Shown: positions 1 to 9,678, counted from the first letter of the stretch. The stretch is DNA of 64,000 nucleotides from an uncultured Bacteroidales bacterium (GCA_963849615.1 CAWKIC010000026.1:48-64047); one strand, 5' to 3'. A program made the numbers and translations. Notes: generated by a model from the sequence alone, not told the origin.

Positions 1-152
1 AGGCGCTGCCGAGCTCTTCGCCTTCGCAATCACGCCGGGGGTGATGAGGAGCGCCATCCCCGCCACGACGGCCATGACGGCGCAAACGAAGATAACCTCC
101 AGGAACTGTAGCCGCCCGAACGGCCAGTCCTTCGCGTGGGTTCGGTGCTCAT
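1..152 (-). pseudogene. Prepilin-type N-terminal cleavage/methylation domain protein (type IV pilin or T2SS pseudopilin-like). 5' part only, runs off the window edge, 1-nt frameshift.
   Basis: Minus-strand ATG at 152 gives MSTEPTRRTGRSGG. After a 1-nt shift at a short T-run (about 104-105) it reads YSFLEVIFVCAVMAVVAGMALLITPGVIAKAKSSAA. This is the G/YSFLE motif plus a hydrophobic helix. Confidence 0.4.
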
Positions 153-364
153 CGCGGTCATGCGAGTCAGTGGGGCAACTCCCGTTCCAGGGATCCCAAC
201 GAGTCAAGCCCCATACCGGTCTTCCAGTTACGGATGTTTGGCGCGTGCACCGGCCCTGGGCCGCACTTACGGTTTGGTGTCTGAATCTTCAGATTTGGCG
301 TGGCGGCGCTCTGCGAAGGCGAGGAGGCCCGGCGGCGTCGCGTATAATCCCGCCGGTCGGTTGC

Positions 365-960
365 ATGCCGTCCGCAACACACGTCGCTTTCTGCGGGCTG
401 TAAATGTCGGTGGTCGCAACAGCGTGTCCATGCGGGCGTTGTGCGACGTGCTGGTCGACGCCGGCATGCACGATCCGGACGCTGCTCCAGAGCGGCAACG
501 TCGTGTTCTCCTCGCGGTGCGGGCCATCGCCTCATTGGAACGCACAGTGGAGGAAGCCATCCTCATCGGCTGGGGGTTTCGCGGCGTCTTCGTCCGGACC
601 GCGCGCGAGTGGCAGGCGATCTGTGAAGCGAATCCCTTTCCGACCGAGGCGGCACGGGATCAGGGCATCTGCTGGTCCTCTTGCTGAAGCACCCACGAGC
701 GCGAAGGCGGTCGGCGAGCCCTACGAGCGCGCGATTCTGGGCGCGGAGAGCGTTGTCCGGGAGCTGGCCGTCATCTCTACGCCGTGTATCCCGACGGAAT
801 CGGCCGGTCGCGCCTCACGACGAGCCTGATCGAGACCAAGCTCGGAACCCAGGTGACGGGGCGCAACTGGAATACGGCAGTGAAGCTGCTTGCCTTGGCC
901 AATCAGCGGGTTGAGCCGCGTCCGCGCACTGTCGATTACGGAGTTTCGCCGTCGCGATAA
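365..960 (+). pseudogene. DUF1697 family protein, multiply frameshifted
   Basis: Fragments of one protein are spread over three frames: MPSATHVAF, LRAVNVGGRNSVSMRALCDVLVDAGMHD, LLQSGNVVFSS, LERTVEEAILIGWGFRGVFVRTAREWQAICEANPFP and LYAVYPDGIGRSRLTTSLIETKLGTQVTGRNWNTAVKLLALANQ. The stop is at 958-960. NVGG, QSGNVVF and RNWNT are family hallmarks recalled from memory. Confidence 0.6.
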
Positions 961-1106
961 CCATCCGGTGATTCGGCGCGGGGTCGCTCTTCCTCGGGCC
1001 GCGTACGCCAGCGGGTCCAGGCCGCACTCTACCGCGCCAGTCGATGCGCGGAGTGTGGCAGCATTTCTGCACAGGGGTCGGGTGGAACCGTCCGCCATGT
1101 CGCCCG

Positions 1107-1860
1107 ATGAGTAAGAACCTGTCGCAACTACTACCGGCTGCTTCACGTGCAGCCGGATGCTCCGACCGCGGTCATCAAGTCGAGCTACCACGCGGTCATG
1201 CTCAAGTTGAAGCAGCATCCCGATCTCGGGGGCGAGCCATGATGACGCTGCCGCTGCTGAACGAGGCGTATGCGGTGCTGACCAATCCGGCCCGGCGCGC
1301 ACAGTACGATCGCGAGCTGCAGGCGCGGGTATCGAATGCTACCACCGGCTCCGGGCCCCTCACCCGGCAAGCCGGCAGCCGGCACACGAGGAATCAGCAG
1401 CCGCTGAAGGAGAGGTCACAACCGACCGCCAGCAGGGCCCGACGTGTGCGTTTTGTGACGCGCCGAGGCCCCCTTCGGTGCTGCCGCGGGATCGCGCTGC
1501 GTCCGGTGCGGCAGTCCGCCTGTGCTCCCCTGACCGCCGGCACCAGGGCGGGGGACGAACGTACGACGCCGCGCGTCGCACGTGGCGGCGCGGTCACACT
1601 GACCGAGCGCGCGTCACGCGCGCGGGTGCGCGCGGTCATCCGCGACTTGTCACCGTCCGGCATGTGCGTGAGCGTGCCGGAACACCGCTGGCCGAAAACC
1701 ACGTGGTGCGCGTCGACGGCGCCGCGCTCACCGCGGTGGCCCGAATCGTCAGTTGCCGCCGTGCGGACGCCCGGGGCGCAAAGGGCTACCTGGTCGGCAT
1801 CGAGTTCATGACACTGGAGTTCGCGCGGCCCGCGGCTCGCTCGTCGACTTGCGGACGTAA
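1107..1860 (+). pseudogene. J-domain / zinc-ribbon / PilZ-like protein, multiply frameshifted; 3' end uncertain
   Basis: YRLLHVQPDAPTAVIKSSYHAVMLKLKQHPDLGG carries the HPD motif. LLNEAYAVLTNPARRAQYDRELQ lies in another frame. There is a CAFC...RCGSPLC-like segment. VRAVIRDLSPSGMCV and VVRVDGAALTAVARIVSCRRADARGAKGYLVGIEFMTLEF (PilZ-like) sit in two frames. Confidence 0.5.
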
Positions 1861-1916
1861 CGACACTGCTCCCGCTGCGACCGAAGGCCGGCGTCCCGAC
1901 ACCAACCGGCGCCCCT

Positions 1917-2106
1917 TCAGCGCCCGTGGTGTTCGCGCCAGAGCATCGTCGCCAGTGTTCCGGTGACGATCATCGCGACGCCACTCCACCACACCGGAAT
2001 CGGCATTCCCGCCGGCGACCGCCTGGACGTCGAAAATGACGCGCAGCAGGTGCGCCACGGTCATGAGCACGAGCAGGACGAAGGTGAGCAAGGTTGCCGG
2101 TTTCAT
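1917..2106 (-). CDS. Small two-helix membrane protein (about 63 aa) with one frameshift near 2010
   Basis: AGGAGGAA lies 5 nt upstream of the ATG at 2106 (minus strand). The translation is MKPATLLTFVLLVLMTVAHLLRVIFDVQAVAGG, then after a 1-nt shift MPIPVWWSGVAMIVTGTLATMLWREHHGR, with the stop at 1917-1919. Confidence 0.45.
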
Positions 2107-2163
2107 GGTTCCTCCTGGCGTCCTGACTCCAGTATGCACCCGCCATCATCCCGGTTACGTGAT
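2107..2163. other. Compositional breakpoint between the GC-rich block and the AT-rich Bacteroidota-like DNA
   Basis: Base composition and codon style change abruptly here. The left side is the upstream region of a GC-rich gene. The right side is the interior of an SDR gene that lacks its N-terminus. Confidence 0.8.
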
Positions 2164-2889
2164 GTCCGAAATGCTATCACCGAAATAAAAAGTGAACACA
2201 AATACCTGGATTGTATCTTCATTAATGCAGGTTTGGGTTATGCGGCAAACAGGGTAGAAACTGAGGACGGAATGGATTCACATTTCCAGGTGAAATATTT
2301 GTCTCAGTTTATGCTGACTTTAAACCTGTTGAGCTTGCTGGAGAACTCGGAGAATGGGGGGAGGGTGATATTCAATGTAACCCGTGGCGGCAAAATATTC
2401 TGGGAAGATATCCAGATGAAAAATGGCTGGAGTTTTGAATCGGGTATTCATCAGGGCATGGTCGCCAAAAGAATGTTCCTGGTTAAGTTACATGATTTAT
2501 ATAAAGGAATTAATGCTCCAAAGGTATCCTTCATCGGGTTTGAAATATCTAAAACGGTGTGGAGTAATCAGCTTAATATAATTCCTGTCTCCATGAAAAT
2601 AATGGCAACTGTAATGAAGTTTTTCGGGACATTCATTTCGATTGAGAAATGTGGTATGATAATGTCTCCGTTATTCACGGAAAGCCAGGAAGAAAGCCTG
2701 AAGAAGTCAGGAAGATTTGTCACCTGGAAGAAAAATGAATTTATCGGCATGAAGGAGGAAGAAACAGTCTTTAACCCTGAATTTCAGGAAAAACTCTGGA
2801 AGATCAGTCTGGAATTATGCAATGATGAAACAACTGCCAGAATTTCGGAAAGCCTGCAGAGTCAAAGTTTTCCTCTTCAGCAACATTAG
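2164..2889 (+). pseudogene. Short-chain dehydrogenase/reductase, C-terminal about two-thirds only (5'-truncated at the breakpoint)
   Basis: ITEIKSEHKYLDCIFINAGLGYAANRVETEDGMDSHFQVKYLSQFMLT resembles the SDR NAG segment onward. No Rossmann TGxxxGxG segment is present. The track ORF 1963..2889 is a read-through across the junction. Confidence 0.55.
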
Positions 2890-2928
2890 AGAAAGTTAAA
2901 AACAGATCAAATTAATAAAGAACTGCAT

Positions 2929-3999
2929 ATGAATAAGATAACATTTATTATAATTCTTTCTATACCCCTGGTCTCCTGTGCGAATGAACAAAGAAAGAGT
3001 AAAGATGAGTTTTTTGTATTCGAACCCGATATAAGACTCTTTACCAGCTACGCATTTATGAATGCCGCAGGTTATGGCCATGACTGGAATGCTACAATGC
3101 ATCCGGTCAGGACTGAAGTCAGGGAATACCTAGATTCAATACTGACCGATGACTATAAAAATGAAATTCGGCAGTATTATGAAAAATTTGGAGGTGGAGA
3201 TTTTTACGGATATGGCGTATATGCAATCAATTCGAAAAATCCGCCGGAATTCGGGTTGATATCTGATTCCTGCCGTAATGAGGATATAGCCAGGTTCGAA
3301 TCTTACGATTCCCTGCTACAGGATTTCTACGAAAGAGCAAAAATAGCTATACTATGGGAACGGTATTATCAGAGACTCTATGAGATAAACCTGCAATATA
3401 AACCGTTTGCAGAACTCGCCATAAAGCAAATAACGAAGTATTGCGGTGTGGATTCCGGTTATTTCCGGAATAAAGCCAATGGTAAGTTCCACTATCAGCA
3501 AATTCCCTTAATGTCGCACTTTACGGCCTTCTTTCATGAAACAGGGAATGATTACTGGGTTATAAGCGGCCCCTCAACCGGAGCACCAGATGCAAGCGCA
3601 TTTTATCACGAACCTCTTCATAAAATAATAAATCCGATCGTTGAGGGAAATTCGGAGATTAATATGAAGATAACTGATCTGGCTGATCTCGCACAGGAAA
3701 GACTACAGGGCAACTATAATGGTGTTACTTCAATACTATGTGAATCATTTGTAAGAACAATTGACAGAATTTTGTATGCCCGGTATAATAAACTCTCTGA
3801 AAATGAACTCCGGGAGGTAGTAGAGGATGAATACAGGCTTGGCCATATTCTGTCGTTTTATCTGTTGGAAAATCTCCCCGAGTATGAGGCTGGCAATAAA
3901 ACACTGCAGGAATACTATCCGGAATTGATTTCAAATATTGATGTCGAATATGAAAAAATGAGATGGAAATCCTATTGGAAAAGTCGGGAAGCTAGTTAG
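2929..3999 (+). CDS. Hypothetical lipoprotein with an HExxH motif
   Basis: 356-aa ORF with a signal peptide and lipobox (IILSIPLVSC) and the motif FYHEPLHKI (HEPLH). I do not securely recognise the family. Confidence 0.6.
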   Translation: MNKITFIIILSIPLVSCANEQRKSKDEFFVFEPDIRLFTSYAFMNAAGYGHDWNATMHPVRTEVREYLDSILTDDYKNEIRQYYEKFGGGDFYGYGVYAINSKNPPEFGLISDSCRNEDIARFESYDSLLQDFYERAKIAILWERYYQRLYEINLQYKPFAELAIKQITKYCGVDSGYFRNKANGKFHYQQIPLMSHFTAFFHETGNDYWVISGPSTGAPDASAFYHEPLHKIINPIVEGNSEINMKITDLADLAQERLQGNYNGVTSILCESFVRTIDRILYARYNKLSENELREVVEDEYRLGHILSFYLLENLPEYEAGNKTLQEYYPELISNIDVEYEKMRWKSYWKSREAS

Positions 4000-4272
4000 T
4001 TATGATTTTCAATCAAACATTAAGTCTGACAAGGCTATCTCCAACAGGGATCGGACTATTCCTCTTCTGCCTATTTATTGCTTCCTGCCGCGGAATGAAA
4101 AACACTGATCATCGGTTAAGTACAGTAGCCGGAGACACTGATCTCCACTCTCCGGAAAAGATTAACCACTTAAAACCGGTGTTAATCGCATGATCTAAAG
4201 ATAAATCTAAGATAAAGACGTAAAGCTTAATGGCTTACTGTGGTCAAGAATATTGTCTTTTACAGACAGGTA

Positions 4273-4692
4273 TCAGAAATCAAATTCCAGAAGTTCTTCC
4301 TCCTTATTAACTTCATTCCACAGCCTGATGGACATTATCTCATCAAATTCCCTGTTATCAGAGAGACTCCATAAAACAGGAGCATCTTTCAGCATTGTCT
4401 GACGGACAGTGATTATTTTATTCATGGAGAAGAAAAACAAGCTGCAGTACAGGTATCTTCTTTCTGTGTGGACATTGGTAAGTCTTACAATTTCAACATT
4501 ATCTCCTTCCTTATAGGTATAGATTCTATCTAACTTTAATACTTTGCCTGGTGTACAAATGCAATTGTTATCGATGAAATACCAGGACGAAAAGAAATGA
4601 CAGCCAAGCCTGAGCAGGCAACCTTTTATTTGTTCCTTCAAATAAAGGATATAGAGTCGTACTTTGTAGTTTATTTTCATCATAATAATCAC
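4273..4692 (-). CDS. Hypothetical protein
   Basis: 139-aa ORF with AT-rich codon usage consistent with its neighbours. No recognisable motif. Confidence 0.35.
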   Translation of the reverse strand: MIIMMKINYKVRLYILYLKEQIKGCLLRLGCHFFSSWYFIDNNCICTPGKVLKLDRIYTYKEGDNVEIVRLTNVHTERRYLYCSLFFFSMNKIITVRQTMLKDAPVLWSLSDNREFDEIMSIRLWNEVNKEEELLEFDF

Positions 4693-5005
4693 TTTAAGGG
4701 TATCCCCCGGTATCCCTCCCCCCTGGGTACCCCCCTGGAATTAGCCTGAGGGTGCTACAGAAAGAAATTCAACAGAGATTTACATAAACTTTATTTTAAT
4801 ATAAATACCTGACTGATTCTGATCTGACACCTAAATCATGAAGAAAAAAAATTCTGGAAAAGAAAATAATTTGGCCAAAATTGTCTTTCGAAAATTTTTT
4901 ATAAAAATTATAAAATATTCCAGTTAAGCGCTTGAAATACCAGCAGATATCTGAAAATATTTATTCATTGATATGAATTTTGGGGCCAAAGAAGGAAAAA
5001 AGTTT

Positions 5006-5043
5006 GTGGCGGATTTTGCGGATTTTGTGGCGGATTTTGTGGC
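5006..5043. repeat. Short tandem repeat (gcggatttt / gtggcggatttt units)
   Basis: gtggcggattttgcggattttgtggcggattttgtggc, read directly. Confidence 0.8.
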
Positions 5044-5052
5044 AGGAAGCAC

Positions 5053-5079
5053 AAAACCCCTTGATAATCAAGGGGTTTT
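5053..5079. terminator. Bidirectional-looking hairpin (AAAACCCCTTG ataat CAAGGGGTTTT)
   Basis: Perfect stem flanked by an A-run and a T-run. Confidence 0.5.
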
Positions 5080-5091
5080 GAGGGCTCAAGG

Positions 5092-5108
5092 GCGGTGCGG
5101 ACGGGACT
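5092..5108. repeat. 17-nt direct duplicate of the tRNA-Asp 3' end
   Basis: gcggtgcggacgggact at 5092-5108 is identical to 5282-5298. Confidence 0.85.
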
Positions 5109-5170
5109 GATCTCCTCGCGGAGATCGGACCCTTTCATCCACAGGTTACCCCGCAAGCGCTGCAAAACCC

Positions 5171-5194
5171 GGCTGCTGCGCAGCCTGGTTTTTT
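5171..5194 (+). terminator. Intrinsic-terminator-like hairpin
   Basis: GGCTGC tgc GCAGCC followed by tggtttttt. Confidence 0.5.
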
Positions 5195-5242
5195 ATTTTC
5201 CTTCACTCTTATGAAAGCAAGCATTCAACGAGTTCGGAAAAT

Positions 5243-5272
5243 AAAAAACCCGATGATGTCTCATCGGGTTTT
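5243..5272 (-). terminator. Intrinsic terminator downstream of tRNA-Asp (bidirectional shape)
   Basis: aaaaaa CCCGATGA tgtc TCATCGGG tttt, starting 11 nt beyond the tRNA 3' end. Confidence 0.6.
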
Positions 5273-5282
5273 GCAGCGCTTG

Positions 5283-5356
5283 CGGTGCGGACGGGACTCG
5301 AACCCGCGACCCACGGCGTGACAGGCCGTTATTCTAACCAACTGAACTACCGCACC
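5283..5356 (-). tRNA. tRNA-Asp (anticodon GTC)
   Basis: I folded the 74-nt cloverleaf by hand. Acceptor GGTGCGG/CCGCACC, D arm GTTC-AGTTGGTTA-GAAT, anticodon arm ACGGC-CTGTCAC-GCCGT, variable GGGTC, T arm GCGGG-TTCGAGT-CCCGT, discriminator G. Confidence 0.92.
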
Positions 5357-5451
5357 AAATTTTTAACGCGATGCAAAAGTATAAGCATTTTTTAATTATT
5401 CAAAATTAATTCTGGTAAAACTTCCCGCTCAAATGAACAGAGAAGAATACA

Positions 5452-6310
5452 TTATAACTTTTCTCCGGTCAATTTTGTGCCTGTCCCATCCTTTTCAATT
5501 ACATCAATAATCCTGTTGAACAATAGCTGTGCTGCTTTGGCTGCAAATTCTCCATTGGGATGGGAATCCCGCGGGAGAGGAGGCATACTCTTCCTTAAAA
5601 TATAATCCTCCCCCGGTTTCCAGGGTATAAAGATCCCATATATGAATATTATCACCGGGTAAGTCCCATTCGCTTGTTACCCATCCGAAAAATTCTTGCG
5701 CTCTTTTGGCTTCATCTTCTTTTACAGCTCGATTTCACCTGAGCAGCACCGGTAAAGAGGATAAATTTTGTGTCAGGAAATTCATGAAGCTTTATCTCTT
5801 AAAGCCAGCATATTGCAAGCTTATAGTTTGCCAGCGATTTGTAGTCAGAGTTGATGTCAGCCGGTGTCCTTATCAGCCTGGATATTGCTAACGGGAAAAC
5901 AATGTTTGAAAATTATTACCTGGTATTGCTTTGTCAGCATTTCCAGGGTCGGTTCCTCCATAAAAGGCTTATTACCTGCATTCTTAACCCATATGTTGTA
6001 ATAATCATAGGGATAGTTATGCCATCCGTAGGAGATGCTTTCGGAAATATCATCTCTTTTAATGAGATAGTTCTTGTTGTTCTCTTCATTATACTTATCA
6101 AACAATTGGGCAAACGGCTTTAGCATATAAGTCTGCTGCTTTGTACTCAACTATTCTGCGTGCACTAGTTTCGAACTGACTTTCTTTGACACCACCGGTA
6201 CTGTGATAACAAGTGATATTCATATCAGATGTTCTTTCTTTCTGCCAGAATAAGCACCAACCAGTACTAAGTGATGAAGATAAATTAATGTTCATATATA
6301 AGTCTTTCAT
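5452..6310 (-). pseudogene. Hypothetical protein split into at least 3 ORF fragments, possibly a GDSL/SGNH-like hydrolase
   Basis: Collinear minus-strand fragments at 6098..6310, 5857..6150 and 5452..5655. The C-terminal RDSHPNGEFAAKAAQLLFNRI resembles the SGNH block V (DxxH). The family call is weak. Confidence 0.35.
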
Positions 6311-6466
6311 TTTACTTGGATGAACCCTCTAAGCTTTATAATCAAATTAGTCAAATAACTATTTCGGTTTAAGAGATCAACATAAGGTATTTCAATGAAC
6401 CACGGCCTTCAGGCCGTGGGTAGGAACGGTCTGACAATAGGGATTAGGCGTACAACCATCATAGGT

Positions 6467-6996
6467 TTAGAAAAAACTGAAATTAACACTACCGTAATTC
6501 CGGTGCTCAAAAAACAGTTTGTGACTTTTAAATTCCATTGCCCTCGGATGTTCAAGAATAAAAAAACCATCCTCTTTTAAAACTCCTGATCGCAATAACC
6601 AGATCCGGAATCTCTCTGAGCCATGACAGATTCATAAGGCGGATCGGCAAAAACTATGTCGTACTTAAACCTGCAGGTCTTTAAATATGCTTTTACATCA
6701 ATATGGATAGTCTTTATGTTGTGAAATCCAATTTCATTTATTGTCCTCCTTATGCCTCCTAAATGCTTAAGTCTTTTTCAACAAGATGAACAGCCTCAGC
6801 CCCTCTTGATGCAAATTCAAAGGCTATGCTGCCAGTCCCCGAAAACAGGTCCAGTACACTTATGGACTCAAAATCAATGCGGTTGTTCAGAATATTAAAA
6901 AGACTCTCCCTGTGCAAGATCTGTTGTAGGTCTTGCTTTCAGACCAGATACCGGACTGATTATTCTTCCCTTGTATTTGCCCCCGATTATTCGCAA
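6467..6996 (-). pseudogene. rsmD: 16S rRNA (guanine966-N2)-methyltransferase RsmD, two frameshifts
   Basis: A TTG start gives (M)RIIGGKYKGRIISPVSGLKARPTTDLAQGESLFNILNN...VLDLFSGTGSIAFEFASRGAEAVHLVEK. A second frame gives YDIVFADPPYES (DPPY motif). A third gives LKEDGFFILEHPRAMEFKSHKLFFEHRNYGSVNFSFF, with the stop at 6467-6469. Confidence 0.65.
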
Positions 6997-7830
6997 CCTG
7001 TTACGCTGAAAAGATTCAGAAACCTGTGAAGATCAGTATCATTGAATACATAACTGAATGTAAAATTCCCGGTCGGACCGGCAAACCTTATGCTTTTCAT
7101 AAAATCAGAAAAACCAGTTATAATTTCTTTGGACCCATTTGTCCTGCCGCTGAAATAAATAACCTCATCCTGACTTATATTCATCCTTTTGAGAACATAA
7201 AAAACATAGTACTGGATATCAGAGATTGTCTTGTAATGAAATGTGTTACAGAATTCCAGTGCGTTCTGATCAAAAATAATGAGATTAAAGAAGCCTCTTT
7301 CAAGGTGAACATGGATATAATATTTACCTGCTGTCCTCCTGTTTCCAACGATGTACTGGAAGAGGGGTTTTAACTGATGGCTGCAATCCGATTTTGGAAA
7401 GAATCGCTTTAAAAGTTCTGAGGTTGAGCCGGGAAGTGAGAAAATAATAACGGCATCCGGATCCGGAAGCAAATTTGTAGCAATAATTTCTCCTTCACGA
7501 CTTATCTGATTGAATGTAAAGAAATCTTCTTTTTTTGAGTACGTCAAACAGCGCCGACGGCACCAGCGTGGATCCGGGTGAAGGGGTAATAAGGTTAATT
7601 TTTTTATACCGTCTGGTAAGAAAATCATCGTTTGCTATTATTTCACCGATCTTTCCATTATCCAGATAGCCATTGTCATCTGGTTCATAATCTCTTAACA
7701 GGATAAACTTGTTACGGAGGGTATCAAGAATAGAGTAGGAGAGGCCATCATAGCTTACCTGAACGGATAACTCATAGTTCTCAGTTGAGTTTATATCAAG
7801 AGTTTCATCGAATAATTCCAGAAAAGGCAT
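6987..7830 (-). CDS. DUF3822-like protein, split by one frameshift around 7500-7620
   Basis: ORFs 7495..7830 and 6987..7628 are collinear and overlapping. A position immediately upstream of rsmD is what I recall for DUF3822 in Bacteroidota. The stop overlaps the rsmD start. Confidence 0.45.
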
Positions 7831-7873
7831 GAAGGCGGTAATATTAATTATTTTTCTGTTTCCAACTTTTTTT

Positions 7874-7977
7874 TACCCCTAAATCCCCTGCCTACCGGCA
7901 GGCAGGCCTAAAGGGGACTTTTAAACTTACAGTATATCAATAGCCCCCTTTAGGGGGTTGGGGGCGGTTTTACTGTA
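7874..7977. repeat. Family-A palindromic unit (inverted, with a hairpin insert) plus a CCCCCTTTAGGGGG palindrome
   Basis: 7874-7924 is the reverse complement of the unit at 18090-18146. 7943-7977 contains agccccctttagggggttgggggcgg. Confidence 0.8.
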
Positions 7978-8084
7978 GAGTTATACAGAGATATACATTT
8001 TTTAATTCTTGAATGGAATGATTAAGTTTACAAGCAAAAGTAGGAAAAATATCCTTGCTGCCTTTCTATTACTTTTAAATTACT

Positions 8085-9500
8085 ATGAGGGAAACTATTA
8101 TCTATAATCAGTTATGCAAGAATCTTGGTTATGACCCAACTGATGATCAAGCTGCAGCATTGAAGAAAATTGCATCCTATATCGTTGAGAATAATAACGA
8201 CATAATTTTCCTCCTGACTGGTTACGCCGGAACCGGGAAAACAAGTGTTATCAGCGCTGTTGTCAGGACCCTCGACGCCCTAAGAATGAAGTCTGTCCTG
8301 CTTGCCCCAACCGGAAGAGCCGCAAAGGTTCTTGGATCTTACTCGGGCAAACAGGCTTTCACTATCCATAAAAAAATTTACAGGCAGAAATCATCAAAAG
8401 ATGGGGTAGGCAGCTTTTCTCTCGACAGAAACCTTCACAGGAATACTTTTTTTATTGTCGACGAGGCTTCCATGATTTCGAATAACTCGTCTGACATTTC
8501 TATTTTTGGCAGCGGTAAACTTCTTGATGACCTTATTGAATACGTATATTCAGGTATCGACTGCAAACTTATCCTGGTAGGCGATACTGCCCAGCTGCCG
8601 CCAGTTGGCTCTGTTTTAAGTCCGGCGCTTGAAGAAAGGGCTTTGAAAGATTTTGGGTTCGGAATTGTTTTCTCTGAACTTAAACAGGTCGTCCGCCAGA
8701 GTGAGACATCAGGAGTTCTTATGAATGCAACACGGGTCAGGATGCAAATCGCAGAAAATAACCTGACACATCCGTCAATTGATTGTATCAACTTCAGGGA
8801 TGTAATAAGATTGGGCGGTCAGGACCTGATCGAAGAGATATCAACTTCCTATGGAACCTGCGGACTTAATGGTACCATAATAGTGGTCAATTCTAACAAG
8901 CAGGCGAATAAATATAATCTCGGGATCCGGAACAGAATCTTTTTCAGGGAAGAAGAGATCAGTTCCGGAGACATGATAATGGTAGTTAAAAACAACTATT
9001 TCCTGATAGATGAAGAAGAGTCGGGCCCGGGATTCATCGCCAACGGCGATATCGCTGAAATAAGAAAGATATGGAAAGATGAAGAGCGCTACGGATTCAG
9101 GTTTGCACAGATGACGCTTTATTTTCCTGATTATGACCTCGAACTGGACTCAAAGGTTATGCTCGATGTCCTTCATCTCGATACTCCTGCCTTGCCACCG
9201 GATAAAAGCAAAGAACTGTTTCAGGGTGTTTTGGCCGACTACCTCGATATTAAAACACGACGGAAACAAATTGAGGCTGTAAAAAATGATCCTTATTTCA
9301 ATGCCCTTCAGATCAAATTTTCATATGCGGTAACATGCCATAAAGCCCAGGGCGGACAGTGGGAGAGGGTCTTTATAGATCAGGGGATGTTCAACAGGAA
9401 CGAAATCACGATCGATTACCTGAGGTGGTTCTATACGGCGCTTACCAGATCAACTGACAGAGTTTACCTGGTAAATTTTGCGGATGATTGGTTTGAATAA
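8085..9500 (+). CDS. RecD-like / Pif1-like SF1 DNA helicase (AAA_30 plus UvrD_C_2 type)
   Basis: Walker A LLTGYAGTGKTS, LAPTGRAAKVL, FIVDEASMI, LVGDTAQLPPV, and the C-terminal YAVTCHKAQGGQWERVFI. Confidence 0.85.
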   Translation: MRETIIYNQLCKNLGYDPTDDQAAALKKIASYIVENNNDIIFLLTGYAGTGKTSVISAVVRTLDALRMKSVLLAPTGRAAKVLGSYSGKQAFTIHKKIYRQKSSKDGVGSFSLDRNLHRNTFFIVDEASMISNNSSDISIFGSGKLLDDLIEYVYSGIDCKLILVGDTAQLPPVGSVLSPALEERALKDFGFGIVFSELKQVVRQSETSGVLMNATRVRMQIAENNLTHPSIDCINFRDVIRLGGQDLIEEISTSYGTCGLNGTIIVVNSNKQANKYNLGIRNRIFFREEEISSGDMIMVVKNNYFLIDEEESGPGFIANGDIAEIRKIWKDEERYGFRFAQMTLYFPDYDLELDSKVMLDVLHLDTPALPPDKSKELFQGVLADYLDIKTRRKQIEAVKNDPYFNALQIKFSYAVTCHKAQGGQWERVFIDQGMFNRNEITIDYLRWFYTALTRSTDRVYLVNFADDWFE

Positions 9501-9501
9501 T

Positions 9502-9637
9502 GCAGTCAAGCGGTCTTGCAGTCATGCAGTCATGCGGTCTTGCGGTCTTGCAGTCATGCGGCCTTGCGGTCTTGCAGTCTTGCAGTCATGCGGTCTTGCA
9601 GTCATGCGGTCTTGCAGTCATGTGGTCTTGCTGTCTT
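9502..9637. repeat. 17 tandem 8-mers GC(A/G)GTC(A/T)T
   Basis: I counted the units directly. The array starts 2 nt after the helicase stop. Confidence 0.95.
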
Positions 9638-9678
9638 GAATAATTAAAAAATTGTTGTAATTTAGGTAAGGAATTTTT

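Noticed and set aside
167-1811. Numerous overlapping ORFs of 60-255 aa on both strands in the GC-rich block (for example 721..1302 minus, 1394..1702 minus, 1044..1811 plus as one protein)
   Set aside because: High GC suppresses stop codons in all frames. The translations are Arg/Ala/Pro-rich with no motifs. The recognisable protein fragments (DUF1697, J-domain, PilZ) account for the coding signal.
1963-2889. 308-aa ORF spanning the GC-rich/AT-rich junction
   Set aside because: The first ~65 codons are antisense to the small membrane-protein gene and GC-rich. Only the part from about 2164 resembles an SDR. The long ORF is an accidental read-through across the seam.
5092-5150. A second tRNA or tmRNA 3' domain next to tRNA-Asp
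   Set aside because: Only the last 17 nt of the tRNA are duplicated. No D arm, anticodon arm or intact T arm can be drawn.
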